Shown here in pieces: positions 27,935 to 38,160 of a stretch of 64,000 bases of DNA. Source of the DNA: a virus (lineage: Duplodnaviria; Caudoviricetes); IMG/VR virus record IMGVR_UViG_2839026242_000001, positions 72,135 to 136,134 of that record. One strand, given 5' to 3'. The translations under genes were made by a program, and so were the position numbers. The notes below the pieces were generated by a model, which saw nothing but the letters and a program-made list of their open reading frames with translations, was not told the DNA's origin and made no database searches. How positions within the stretch are numbered: the first letter of the stretch is position 1; every line of letters begins with the position of its first letter.

Positions 27935-28945
27935 CTACAATTGTCCAATATATTCAGCATACAAATTTGATAAAGCAGCCAGTCTCTTTTTGACATTATC
28001 CAATTTAACATTGCCTGCACCACAATATTTCCGGTAAGCATCTCCTTTTTTACTTGTCTGAGCATAATACTTCAAAAAGTCAATTGTCTTTTGGTCAAAA
28101 TTATGCTCAACAATAAACCCTGCAAATGATACTAGGTTGATCTTTGTGATAAACTTGTTATACTCGTTAAAACCGTCTACAAGCATATCAAACGCTTGCT
28201 TGGTCTTATTCATCACGCTGTCATCCAAATCTTTATTTTCTTTGAAAAAATCTTCAACATCTCTTGAAGCAAATGATTTAAAGTCCAATCCACTAGCCAA
28301 CATTATTGTTTGCAAAACTGCCATTTCTTTATCTGATTTTTTAACTCCTCCAGTTGTAAAATGCGAAACTTCTGTGAATAACTTATGAGTAGAAACAATT
28401 TCACTAACAAATTTTTGTACTTGCTTGCTTGCAGATACAAGGCAAAGATGCTGTCTAGCCATGCTAACACCATTGTTCAATCTGTAGAAAATCTTTTCAA
28501 TGATCTCCTCTTCATCTTCCCCTTCTTGAATTTCAATCGCTTTGATAGTGACAGTATAGCCATTAATCTCTTCTTGTACTTCTTCGGGCAGCTCCGAAAA
28601 TTTCAACCCAGAAATATCATATTCTTCACCAGTAGATTCCAAAACAATTGGAGGCAGGGTATCTAACGCCCACAAATCCTGCTTGTATTCATGGATACGA
28701 GTCAAACGTTGCTTCCCATCAATGATTGCGTATTTATTTACTTTCTTGCCGTCAACTTCTTCTGAGAGTTGCACAGCATAAACATCTGGGATAAACATGG
28801 TAAGCAATGAGTCAATAAGGAGTGTACTATTAGCAATAGTCCATTGATCTGCTGGGCGTTGCAGCGGATGGTCAAATGTGATTGTCCCTTTGTTAATCAT
28901 GGTGCAGATTTGCTTAACATTCCAGCTTACGGATTTTCTCAGCAT
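27935..28945 (-). CDS. DUF262 (ParB/Srx-like, GmrS-type) domain protein
   Basis: QR...W...LIDSL, IDGKQRLT and FYRLNNG motifs. Confidence 0.85.
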   Translation of the reverse strand: MLRKSVSWNVKQICTMINKGTITFDHPLQRPADQWTIANSTLLIDSLLTMFIPDVYAVQLSEEVDGKKVNKYAIIDGKQRLTRIHEYKQDLWALDTLPPIVLESTGEEYDISGLKFSELPEEVQEEINGYTVTIKAIEIQEGEDEEEIIEKIFYRLNNGVSMARQHLCLVSASKQVQKFVSEIVSTHKLFTEVSHFTTGGVKKSDKEMAVLQTIMLASGLDFKSFASRDVEDFFKENKDLDDSVMNKTKQAFDMLVDGFNEYNKFITKINLVSFAGFIVEHNFDQKTIDFLKYYAQTSKKGDAYRKYCGAGNVKLDNVKKRLAALSNLYAEYIGQL

Positions 28946-29194
28946 ATTACTCGTCTCCTTTTGGGTTTATATTCTTTCGTAAGTCCCTATACTCTTCAAT
29001 TTGTTCTCTTTTCCATATAGCCCCACTTGCTAGGTATTGTATTGGCTCGGGAAAAATATATCGGGGTAGAGATTTTCGCTTACCTTCTAGAAGCTCTTTT
29101 CGATATTTTTCCGCGCGTGTTTTGTAAATGTTTACCTGCTGCTTTGACCATCCGAGTAGTTCCGCAGCTTCCTCTACCCCAACAAGTGGGGGAA

Positions 29195-29554
29195 CTAGTT
29201 TCCCAAAATTACAAATGTTTCTGTACTATTTGGGATGTCTGATTCGTCTTCTACATCAATGTAGAAAAAGTGAGTATGTTTTGTTGGATCTTCCCCTAAG
29301 CGCATAGCCCACATCCATTCGAGCTTGATATGTACAAGCATTTTGTCTGAAATCAGATTACGATCTGGTGGAATAATAGTTACTGTCATTGGATAACTAA
29401 AAGGTTTACTATAATAAGCTGAAGCATCAAGAATTTCTTTAAAGTTTCTTTTAATAGCATCAATCAAATCCAAGCCAGTGAATTTCAAATACTTCCCTGC
29501 ATCCCCTGCTACATGCCCTTGATGATTTTGATTGCGCATTTTGAACGTTTTCAT
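29195..29554 (-). CDS. Hypothetical protein
   Basis: ORF track; upstream TTGACA promoter. Confidence 0.6.
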   Translation of the reverse strand: MKTFKMRNQNHQGHVAGDAGKYLKFTGLDLIDAIKRNFKEILDASAYYSKPFSYPMTVTIIPPDRNLISDKMLVHIKLEWMWAMRLGEDPTKHTHFFYIDVEDESDIPNSTETFVILGN

Positions 29555-29884
29555 AACCTATCACCCTTCGTTTTGTTTTGTTTTACTGTCTATAACAAAT
29601 ATACCATGAGTGTTATATGTTGTCAAACACTAAAATGAAAAAATAATAGATTTTTGATGATTAATAGTAGCAATCTCGCCCCCTTAGTTAATATCAGATC
29701 AATCGAGTAGGAGGGAGCGGCTAACTTCCGTTTGAGTTTTCCCCTAGAGTTGTGTCTATGTTAGGCGCATGGGAAACAAATAAGCCAGCATAAATGCTGG
29801 CTTATTCCCCTTGATGACTGCATGCTCGAATGAACACATTCTTTTAGCGGAAAATAAAAAGACCAGACTAATGATTAGACTGGT

Positions 29885-30100
29885 CTACAAATAATCCGAC
29901 TCATTCAATTTTACTCCAACTCCTCTAATCCATTTCTTCGCTGCGCTTATCGTCTCAAGTTGTGGCAATGTGTATTTTAACTTCTCTATTGCCTTTACAC
30001 TCCAGTTTTCAGGCTCTGCTATCCAATCCCTTTCCCCAGCGTTCCATATGATAAAACCTTTGTATTTATACTCGCCTTCCCACTTGCTTTTGTGTATCAT
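29885..30100 (-). CDS. Hypothetical protein
   Basis: ORF track. Confidence 0.65.
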   Translation of the reverse strand: MIHKSKWEGEYKYKGFIIWNAGERDWIAEPENWSVKAIEKLKYTLPQLETISAAKKWIRGVGVKLNESDYL

Positions 30101-30226
30101 TTTATTTCTGTCTCCATCGTTTTCTTAATTCCATTATAAGGGATTTTCCCTAAGTTGTAAATATAGTTTACACATTTTTTTGATTAATAAAAGACTGAAT
30201 GAAAAAAGACCAGTCATTAGCTGATC

Positions 30227-30481
30227 TTATCTAAATACACAATCAAGACTTGTATCGTTTCCATGACCTAGCTTTATTGCATCTTTCAACAGGTTATATA
30301 CCGTTAATTCAGCAGTGATATCATCTGAAGTCGCCTCAAATGCAGCGTGATTAAAAGATCTTCTATTATCTCCTACATATTTTTGTTCCATATAAAACTT
30401 CGCTTGCTGAATTGTTCTTTTCCCATTTAACACAGATGCAATAATTTCATTTACTCCGTTTTCCCAGTATTTCTTTTTCAT
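30227..30481 (-). CDS. Hypothetical protein
   Basis: ORF track, AGGAGG RBS. Confidence 0.7.
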   Translation of the reverse strand: MKKKYWENGVNEIIASVLNGKRTIQQAKFYMEQKYVGDNRRSFNHAAFEATSDDITAELTVYNLLKDAIKLGHGNDTSLDCVFR

Positions 30482-30610
30482 TTGAAATGCCTCCTATGTA
30501 TTTCCTTGTTGATTATATTATAACTGACATCATGACATATTACAACACCTATTTTATATATTTTTGTTTTTAAAAATCAAAAGAAAAAGCCAGCTTTTAA
30601 CTGGTAAATA

Positions 30611-30922
30611 TTACTCTTGATTATATTTTAGATATTCCAATTCTTCCTCGTATTCTCTTGCTTCCTGATCTGGTTCGCATCCTTCGGCTTCGATCACTAC
30701 AGTTTCTTTATCTTTTTCGTGTTTCAATTGGCTAATTTTCAAGCCCAGTTCGTACTCTCCAGTTAAAAATGCCTTATGTATTATAATATCTAATAGCTGT
30801 TCAAGAGTTAAGCCTTGGGCGACTTCCTTCATTTGTGATTCACTTAAAGTAAGTTTCAATTCCATTTTTACCGCCTCCAAATATGTATTTCCTTCTTGAT
30901 TACAATTATAAGGGGTTCGCAA
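30611..30922 (-). CDS. Hypothetical protein (likely start at MELKL)
   Basis: ORF track; GGAGG RBS precedes the internal ATG. Confidence 0.65.
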   Translation of the reverse strand: MRTPYNCNQEGNTYLEAVKMELKLTLSESQMKEVAQGLTLEQLLDIIIHKAFLTGEYELGLKISQLKHEKDKETVVIEAEGCEPDQEAREYEEELEYLKYNQE

Positions 30923-30933
30923 AATGATGTCAA
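30905..30933 (-). promoter_or_regulatory. Consensus sigma-A promoter
   Basis: TTGACA-N17-TATAAT, perfect consensus, with A-rich UP tract. Confidence 0.85.
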
Positions 30934-30974
30934 TGTTTTTATTTTATATTTTTATTTAAAAAACTAAAACCAGC

Positions 30975-31211
30975 CTAGTTTGCTGGTTTTAGTTGATTGA
31001 GTTTTTCTACAAGATCATCAATAGCTTTTTTCGCATCCTCTTCTGTGTCAAATGTCCTTCTAAGACCTTGCAGTTCGTCCCTTTCTAAGTAAGTTCGAAT
31101 CAATTTGCGTTCTTCTTTATTCTCAGGATAATCACCAAAAACATCAATCCAATAAACCTCTTCAGACAGTCCTTTTGTTATATCAAACAGAGTTTTATTA
31201 TACTTTTTCAA
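30975..31211 (-). CDS. Hypothetical protein
   Basis: ORF track; promoter TTGACT-N17-TATAAT at 31246-31274. Confidence 0.7.
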   Translation of the reverse strand: MKKYNKTLFDITKGLSEEVYWIDVFGDYPENKEERKLIRTYLERDELQGLRRTFDTEEDAKKAIDDLVEKLNQLKPAN

Positions 31212-31332
31212 TGTATATTCCTCCTATGTATTATCTTTTAAAGATATTATACCAACTGCCTACAATGAAGTCAATATATTTTTATTATTTTTATTTTGTA
31301 TTTTTCCGATGAAGACCGCTTTTATCTGCTCT

Positions 31333-31830
31333 TTAGATAACGCCTAATTCTTTATACATGCCCCTATAAACGTCCCAGCCTTTTTGGATTGATCCAATTT
31401 GACCAACTTTTAATACATGTCCTTTTGTCTTGCTTCTGTAAAGTCTAACGGTTACGGTATCATTGGTTTTAGCGTATACCGTTCCTTTATTTAAGACAGT
31501 GCCGAAAATGCTGTCTGTTTGGTACATTACTTTATCGCCAACTTGTAAAGGTTCAATTTGCGATTTATCAAGTATATTTTTAATTAAATCGACATCTAAA
31601 CTATATTTATTAGCGTATTCAATGGCTTTTTCGTATGGGATATTAGGCAAGCACCAATTTTCCCAATGTCCACGAAATTCGACGAATTTATTTAGATTTA
31701 TATCATATACTGGAACATTGTTTTGCTTCATGTCTGTATTGATTTCCTGTCTAATTTGCTTGTATTCCTCATCAGTTTTATTATATACGTTGATCCGCGC
31801 AATTTTATTGTACATATGTATTACCTCCAT
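31333..31830 (-). CDS. Hypothetical protein
   Basis: ORF track. Confidence 0.7.
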   Translation of the reverse strand: MEVIHMYNKIARINVYNKTDEEYKQIRQEINTDMKQNNVPVYDINLNKFVEFRGHWENWCLPNIPYEKAIEYANKYSLDVDLIKNILDKSQIEPLQVGDKVMYQTDSIFGTVLNKGTVYAKTNDTVTVRLYRSKTKGHVLKVGQIGSIQKGWDVYRGMYKELGVI

Positions 31831-31895
31831 TTATTCTTAATCGAATTAAAAATTCTTTTATTGGGGAAAAGAAAAGCCACAATTTTATGAGTGGC

Positions 31896-32180
31896 TCATT
31901 CAAACATATGTGCATATTCTTTATTTGTCCATTCCTTGGCCTCTTTTGCAGTGTCAAATTGAGCAACTACTTTTCTCTCATATCTTTGGTCAAAAGGTTT
32001 ATTATCGTCTTTTGTTGATTTTATTACAAGGTAAGCGTCAATTGTTTTTGAGGGTTCAATCCACATTGTAATATTTTCATTTACTGTTTCCCGATAGAAG
32101 GCATACTTTTTAACTTTGCTTACATTCCCTTTAAATTGTGAGCTACTTTGCATTTTATTCCATCCATATTTATCTGCCAT
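31896..32180 (-). CDS. Hypothetical protein
   Basis: ORF track; promoter TTGACA-N18-TATAAT at 32215-32244. Confidence 0.7.
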   Translation of the reverse strand: MADKYGWNKMQSSSQFKGNVSKVKKYAFYRETVNENITMWIEPSKTIDAYLVIKSTKDDNKPFDQRYERKVVAQFDTAKEAKEWTNKEYAHMFE

Positions 32181-32500
32181 TTTAACCGCCTCCTAAGTAT
32201 TTCCCTATGATTCTATTATAAAGGATAAATGCTATATATGTCAAGCTTTTTATTATTTTTATTTTTATTACATCCAATAAAAACCGATTTGATGAGAAAA
32301 AGGGAAGAGACTGCATAAAGCAGTCTCTTACAATTCGTCAAGTTGTCTGTAAAGCTCTTCAAGCCCTTTTTCCATGTTTGCCCTAATAACTTGATCTTGT
32401 GTTTCCCAGATGGCAGATTTCAAGTCTTTAATTTGTTTTATGATTTGAGATTTTTTGTTAATCATTTTGATTTCCTCCATTTCAATTATATGTTTTATGA

Positions 32501-32728
32501 TTAAGCTTTGTATTTCTTCAGGAATGTTTTACATTTCTTGAGTGTTGCTTTTCCTTCATCTTCATCATCATTGTAGCTGCTGCCGCCTGATTGGATCATG
32601 TCTATTATGTATTTTGCCTCTTCGATTGCTTCAGATAGTGTAAAGTTTTCGTTGCCCACTTCAATGAATCGACTTTCGATTTCATATGGTACATGCTTTT
32701 TCCATGTGTCAGTGTTTGTTTTTGCCAT
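32501..32728 (-). CDS. Hypothetical protein
   Basis: ORF track. Confidence 0.7.
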   Translation of the reverse strand: MAKTNTDTWKKHVPYEIESRFIEVGNENFTLSEAIEEAKYIIDMIQSGGSSYNDDEDEGKATLKKCKTFLKKYKA

Positions 32729-33404
32729 TTATCATTTCCCCCTTTAATTTATCTTTAATTATATTAAACCATGCCATTTTATAGTTGTCAACTATTTTTA
32801 TTATTTTTATTTTTAATACATCCAATAAAAACCGATTTCATGTCAAAAAGAAAAAGAGCAGTTTTTTCGCTGCTCTTTCCAGTTCCTTATTTACTTTCCA
32901 CAATATAAACCCTATTCCCTTTATCCTCCGTCTTTTCAATCGTAGAAAGCTGGATACCGTTACTGTAGGCGATAAGAACATCTGCATTCTGGTCACATTT
33001 CGAGAGTTGCTCAATCAATTCTGCAACTGTCATTTTAAATTCCTCCCTATGTTTTCATATCTTGTTTATTCGCTACTTATTACTTATTTCCTCTTGTTTA
33101 CATTATATACGATGTCTTTTCGTGTACGTAAGTTATTTATTATTTTTATTTTGTATTTTTCCGACGCTTTTATCTGGTTAGAATTAATACCTTTATGTCT
33201 GTAAATTAATTCTCTGTTGGGTGTCATTATTGTGTATCCCAATTTAACCATTTGTTTTTTATTACATTGCTCAATAAAACTTTGTACATCCTCTATATCA
33301 TGCTCACGTATTGAAACGGCACCGTTTGCTAAATCTACCGTAAGAATTACTTTCATCATTATCACTCCATTTATTTTAGTTTTATAAATCGAAATCAACC
33401 GCTT

Positions 33405-33587
33405 TTATCTGGTTTCCTTAAATCTATAACTTGTGTATTCTCCAAACTGTTTTATTCTTACACATTCATTTACTGTACCATTTGCTCTAAAAATATCGCC
33501 AACATTCCATTTTGTGCTACTAGGCATTACAACCTTTTTACCTTTAATAAAAACAGTCATTGCAGCATTCATTTTACATACCTCCAT
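33405..33587 (-). CDS. Hypothetical protein
   Basis: ORF track. Confidence 0.6.
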   Translation of the reverse strand: MEVCKMNAAMTVFIKGKKVVMPSSTKWNVGDIFRANGTVNECVRIKQFGEYTSYRFKETR

Positions 33588-33608
33588 TTATTTTATAAAA
33601 AACCGCCT

Positions 33609-33983
33609 TTAATTGTTTAGTGTATTAGTTGATAATTCCAACTTCAAAGCAAGATCAATAATTTTATTTTTGATTTCAGTATGGAAGTAATACTTTTGAA
33701 ACAATCTTTCCATATCTGATTTATTGTCGCTATAATTTGGATCACGTTTTACTACTTCATGCGCCCAATTGATTAATTTTTGTTCGGCCTCAATCATATT
33801 AGATAATGCTGAAGTATAGCCAAGACTATTTTCAATTTCTCGTAATTTCTCCCCATATTCTTTGCGACTGGCACAAGTTTCTTTTAACTTTCTTTCTGCT
33901 ACAATTCGTTTTACTTCATTGTCGATAGCGTCAAATTGTATTTTTGCTTGGATATAGTTGAATTGTTCTTGACTGTACTTCAT
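33609..33983 (-). CDS. Hypothetical protein, related to 36675-36932
   Basis: Shared AE..L.NWA and KII.LAL motifs. Confidence 0.7.
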   Translation of the reverse strand: MKYSQEQFNYIQAKIQFDAIDNEVKRIVAERKLKETCASRKEYGEKLREIENSLGYTSALSNMIEAEQKLINWAHEVVKRDPNYSDNKSDMERLFQKYYFHTEIKNKIIDLALKLELSTNTLNN

Positions 33984-34273
33984 ATGTATTCCTCCTCATT
34001 ATTTTAGATTAATGTCCAATCAACCTTTGATTTCCATTCAATTTCCAATGCTTTAGCAATCATATTAGCAAATGATTCTGCTTGCTGTTTATTGATGGCT
34101 GTAAGTGTTGTATAGATTCCTTTTGGATGTTCCTTGTTATCTTTAAAGTGTACTTGAAATTCTTTAAACATTTTATTCCTCCTTTCTTTGAATAAAATAG
34201 TCATTTGATGGGAAGAGTGATTACCCTTCCCAATCTATTTCTGTCGCATCTTCTAAAGAGCTTATAAGTCCAT

Positions 34274-34927
34274 TTAAGCATAGACATTCATGATGGATTG
34301 AATCTTATAAGCTGCCTCCTTTGCTTCTTCAAGCGTTTTAAAACGTTTTGGGGCTCCATATTCAGACAATGTAATTTCCCGTACTTCTTTAGCGTCTTCA
34401 TTGTCCAACATTGCGATGAATACAGGGTCAACCAGAAGTTCATTATTTTTTAAAACTTTTACACTTCCGAAATGATGGATTGTAATGTTAGCGTTGATTT
34501 TCTTTTCGCCAACTTTCCGGAAATCACCATCGTCATCTGTGCAGTATGTAACCTGCTCAATGATTGCTTTGCAGCACTTACACACTTTAAATTGCTCCAC
34601 AATGTCATAAGAAGATCCGAAATCTACATGGTCAAATGTAGTTGTATGTTTGTGAGGACACGAGCTGAACGTACTATGAACGTTTAGAATATCACCCACA
34701 AACCATTTATTCAGACTGATAAACATGGCAGGAAGTTCATACCAACCCAAAACTTGATAATCATCGCCAGAAAACAATTGAATGTCTGTAGTAGAGAAAG
34801 TTTCAACTTCCTCTGAAACATGACAGAAATGAGCAATCATTTGATCTCCTTCGACAGAAAGAGCAAATGGAGCAGTTTCTCCAGAAATTTCAATGTAACC
34901 ACGGGCAATGACATTATCAAGCTTCAT
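34274..34927 (-). CDS. Hypothetical protein
   Basis: ORF track. Confidence 0.7.
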   Translation of the reverse strand: MKLDNVIARGYIEISGETAPFALSVEGDQMIAHFCHVSEEVETFSTTDIQLFSGDDYQVLGWYELPAMFISLNKWFVGDILNVHSTFSSCPHKHTTTFDHVDFGSSYDIVEQFKVCKCCKAIIEQVTYCTDDDGDFRKVGEKKINANITIHHFGSVKVLKNNELLVDPVFIAMLDNEDAKEVREITLSEYGAPKRFKTLEEAKEAAYKIQSIMNVYA

Positions 34928-35067
34928 CGCATTTTACCTCCCATACATGTGTTTGCTAACTTCTTATTTATATTTTAATATAATACTTGTTATTTTTCAA
35001 TAGTTTTATTTTATTTTTTTATAACTGCCTCATTCAAATAAACGACTGTTAATCGCAGTGATTCATG

Positions 35068-35211
35068 TCACCCATCCCTTTTTTTATCTATTACTTGCTT
35101 TGCTTCCTCCATTGTACTGTAAAATTCTCCGTTTGTATCCTCTACTACATACCCTTTTGGATACAGCCAAATAAAGTAATCTTTATAAATCCAGCTATTC
35201 AAGCACTTCAT
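35068..35211 (-). CDS. Small hypothetical protein (47 aa), paralog of 27540-27725
   Basis: Manual translation MKCLNSWIYKDYFIWLYPKGYVVEDTNG... Confidence 0.7.
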   Translation of the reverse strand: MKCLNSWIYKDYFIWLYPKGYVVEDTNGEFYSTMEEAKQVIDKKRDG

Positions 35212-35260
35212 GGTAAAACTCTCCTTTTGTTGTACTTGATTTTATAATAAAGTTGAATAA

Positions 35261-35509
35261 TTATCTTTCTCGTCCAGTTTCTTTGTCAAAGTATTCCCAT
35301 GCCATTGCCCATCGTTCGACAGGAATATTCTTCAATGCATCTCGATCATGATAACCGTCATCAGTCAAGTGATCGATAACATGTTCGCCATCCTCAAGAA
35401 GTTTTTCAGATGGCGTTCCAACCCAATCGGCAAATCTTGCAACGAGCAGTTGACCAAGTTCTTTAGCGGAAATTTCAAAAGTTACATTGAACTCTTTCCA
35501 GGTTTTCAT
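35261..35509 (-). CDS. Hypothetical protein
   Basis: ORF track. Confidence 0.7.
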   Translation of the reverse strand: MKTWKEFNVTFEISAKELGQLLVARFADWVGTPSEKLLEDGEHVIDHLTDDGYHDRDALKNIPVERWAMAWEYFDKETGRER

Positions 35510-35553
35510 TATCGTTCTCCTATTCTTTTAAAGAATTTGGCAGTGATTATGTA

Positions 35554-36393
35554 TTAATCTACATTCAATTTTACAATCAGATTGCCTTTAATACAATTGA
35601 TTGCATCACGCATAAACTGGTTATCAAAACTGCCATATTTAGACTGTCTTACACTAATAAGATCATCACGCTTATTGAGGTTATACGTTAGGTTCTCAAC
35701 GTCAATATCGATCCATCCATCATAGATTAACAACTTATCTTTGGGTAAAATGATGTTAACATACTGATTACGCTTGCGTTTATGTTTGTGAACAATGTGC
35801 AATGACTCGCTATATTGAGCGTATGGCTTGACTGTGGCGCTATTAATAACTGTATTGATAACTACGGGAAATCCGAATTCCGAGAATTTTACAATGGTGA
35901 CTTTCCTACCCTCAGTAAGTTGCTCTAGTGCTTCTCTAAACTCACCATTGGTATAGTATTTATATTGCATGAGCAAACTTCCCAAATTGAGCATATTTTC
36001 CTTTTCAGCAGCGTCAATCAATTCATCAGTGGCTATAATTCTACATTCTTTCATTTTTTTAAAGAAAAACTCTTTTGCTTGTGCTTTTTGTTCACTTGTC
36101 ATCATTCCATATGTAATGCCGTTACCTACTTCAATACAAATCCCTGCAAGCATATCAGACAATTCATCCACTTGTTGATTCATGTCCATTCCTTCAAGGG
36201 ATGGTATCGCACTTTCACCCTCTTTTTGTGCTTGTTCATCAATAAATGCATTAGCTTCACCGATCAATGCAAATACCTTTTGTGGCTCACTTGCTTCCCC
36301 AAAAAACTCAAGTCCACCATCAATTTCAATGTAAACTTTGGTTACTGTTTGTTGGGTGATTTTATTGTATTGTTCTTCTTTGACGATTCTCAT
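35554..36393 (-). CDS. Hypothetical protein
   Basis: ORF track, RBS. Confidence 0.75.
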   Translation of the reverse strand: MRIVKEEQYNKITQQTVTKVYIEIDGGLEFFGEASEPQKVFALIGEANAFIDEQAQKEGESAIPSLEGMDMNQQVDELSDMLAGICIEVGNGITYGMMTSEQKAQAKEFFFKKMKECRIIATDELIDAAEKENMLNLGSLLMQYKYYTNGEFREALEQLTEGRKVTIVKFSEFGFPVVINTVINSATVKPYAQYSESLHIVHKHKRKRNQYVNIILPKDKLLIYDGWIDIDVENLTYNLNKRDDLISVRQSKYGSFDNQFMRDAINCIKGNLIVKLNVD

Positions 36394-36674
36394 TTGTAGC
36401 TCATCTCCTTTTAAGAATTGTTTATTTTATATCATCTTACAATCACTGCACCATAAACAATCAAATTTCTAAGTGCCATCATCCGCTGAATTTTAGACTT
36501 TGCAATAGCTAATTGTATTTGGGACATTTTCATTTCCTCCGTTCGTTCCTTTGTTACTTATATTATATCTGATGATAAGTAGATTATCAACTACTTTTTT
36601 GTAATTTCTTTTATTTTTATATTTAAAAAACCAGTCATGGCTGACTGGTTAAGTGAATCCATTGCTTTATTTAT

Positions 36675-36932
36675 TTAAGCACTCATCCTCAAAGCAAGAC
36701 TGATGATTTTATCCCTGTACGACTCTAATACCCAACGTGTACGCAGATTCTTTTCTTCTTCTTGACTCATCAACCCAGTGTTTACTGCCTGATCTATTGC
36801 CCAGTTTACAAGAGCGATTTCTGCCTCTATGTATTCATCTTCTAGCTGTTCAACCAAATCCCAATTTTCTGCTGCAAAAGCTTGGTTGTATGCAGCTTTC
36901 ATTTTAAGGTAAGCTGTTTGGATGTGATTCAT
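36675..36932 (-). CDS. Hypothetical protein
   Basis: ORF track. Confidence 0.7.
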   Translation of the reverse strand: MNHIQTAYLKMKAAYNQAFAAENWDLVEQLEDEYIEAEIALVNWAIDQAVNTGLMSQEEEKNLRTRWVLESYRDKIISLALRMSA

Positions 36933-36968
36933 TGTAGTTCCTCCGACCTCTTTTAGTTATATTTTTGT

Positions 36969-37340
36969 TTATACCAAATTTACGAATATTACATTTACGT
37001 TACAAGAAGAAAGGAATTTAACCTTTTCAAGTAATTTGTTTATCTCATCTGGATACCCATTGTTTGCTAACTCACAGGCTACTTTATGATGATTATTATC
37101 GATGAAATAATACAATGCATTGTCCATCCCTATATATAGATTGTCAGAGTAATTATTTAATTTTCCATTGTACTTTACATTCAATTCTGCTTTTTTGCTA
37201 AAGTGCAGACTTCTCACTGACCGAATATCGTTTATAACTGCTTTCGTTTTGTTGTTTGTTCCTTTGACGGTTATACTATTTGGATTAAGCTTAAAATAGG
37301 ATTCATTTAGATTGAGGTTGGATATTTCATGGATTTTCAT
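36969..37340 (-). CDS. Hypothetical protein
   Basis: ORF track, AGGAGG RBS. Confidence 0.7.
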   Translation of the reverse strand: MKIHEISNLNLNESYFKLNPNSITVKGTNNKTKAVINDIRSVRSLHFSKKAELNVKYNGKLNNYSDNLYIGMDNALYYFIDNNHHKVACELANNGYPDEINKLLEKVKFLSSCNVNVIFVNLV

Positions 37341-37532
37341 TTCGGATCCTCCTGCTTATTATCTTATGATTTCATTATAACGCATTCACTCTCAAATGTA
37401 TATATTTTAAATTAAATTTTTGTAAATAAAAAAGCCCTCAAGATGGGCTTTTAGATCGTTCTTTAGTTTTGATATTTAAATCCACGTATCTGTGTCAGCT
37501 TACTAAATACTATGGAGTCCCATCTTAAACAC

Positions 37533-37700
37533 CTATTTTGTCCTAGACTTTAACAGGTATTTGAAAACGAATAAAATAGCTGTGATTGCAAAGATCGTAT
37601 CAGTAATCCAGATCCATGATGGTGCTACATTAGACGTTACCCGTACAATGAGGTAAATCAGTGTGAGAAAAAGGAATGATGCATCTGTAAAGATTCGCAT
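37533..37700 (-). CDS. Small two-TM membrane protein (55 aa), YoyJ-like position
   Basis: MRIFTDASFLFLTLIYLIVRV...IFAITAILFVFKYLLKSRTK; GAGGTGACACT-ATG RBS. Confidence 0.65.
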   Translation of the reverse strand: MRIFTDASFLFLTLIYLIVRVTSNVAPSWIWITDTIFAITAILFVFKYLLKSRTK

Positions 37701-37756
37701 AGTGTCACCTCTTTACTAAATGTGATTAGTATGTTAGCCTATATGGTATACTTAAA

Positions 37757-37846
37757 AAGTAGGGAAGGATTTTCCTCCTTCCCTATGTAATTGGTGGACT
37801 CTTTAGCGTTCGTCTTGTGAGGACTTCGGCGCTATTGAGTCTTTTT
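37757..37846 (+). ncRNA. Putative antisense antitoxin RNA (SR6-like)
   Basis: Plus-strand extended -10 (TGgTATACT, about 37744-37752), 5' hairpin AGGGAAGG/CCTTCCCT, and terminator GACTC..TAGCG/CGCTA..GAGTC-TTTTT overlapping the toxin 3' end. Boundaries approximate. Confidence 0.55.
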
Positions 37847-37973
37847 GTTTGTCTTTCTGTTCCTCCTTTCGTTTCTTTCTCTCATAGAGCAGTTTTTCAA
37901 TTTCTAGCACCGTCTTGTAGGCTATAAGGATTACGGAGACTGTGCTAATGATGTAGAAAGTTGATGGCTCCAT
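37803..37973 (-). CDS. Putative type I toxin (56 aa, YonT-like architecture)
   Basis: MEPSTFYIISTVSVILIAYKTVLEIEKLLYERKKRK...: one TM segment plus a charged tail. AAGGAGGTG RBS; promoter TTGAAC-N17-TATAAT at 37997-38025. Confidence 0.65.
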   Translation of the reverse strand: MEPSTFYIISTVSVILIAYKTVLEIEKLLYERKKRKEEQKDKQKDSIAPKSSQDER

Positions 37974-38118
37974 AGTGTCACCTCCTTTCTATTTATATTA
38001 TAATATAAATCTTTGTTGTGTTCAATATTTTTATTTTATTTTTTAGTGCTATTTAATTTGATTGTGACTAGTGTGAATATGTGAAAAAGATGGGTGTTGC
38101 TAGAGAAGTTTTTATTTT

Positions 38119-38160
38119 TGTGGATATTGTGGATAAAGTTGTTGATAACTTTGTGGATAA
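38119..38160. promoter_or_regulatory. Cluster of four co-oriented DnaA boxes
   Basis: TGTGGATAT (38119), TGTGGATAA (38128), TGTTGATAA (38140), TGTGGATAA (38152); reverse complement of TTATCCACA. Confidence 0.75.
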
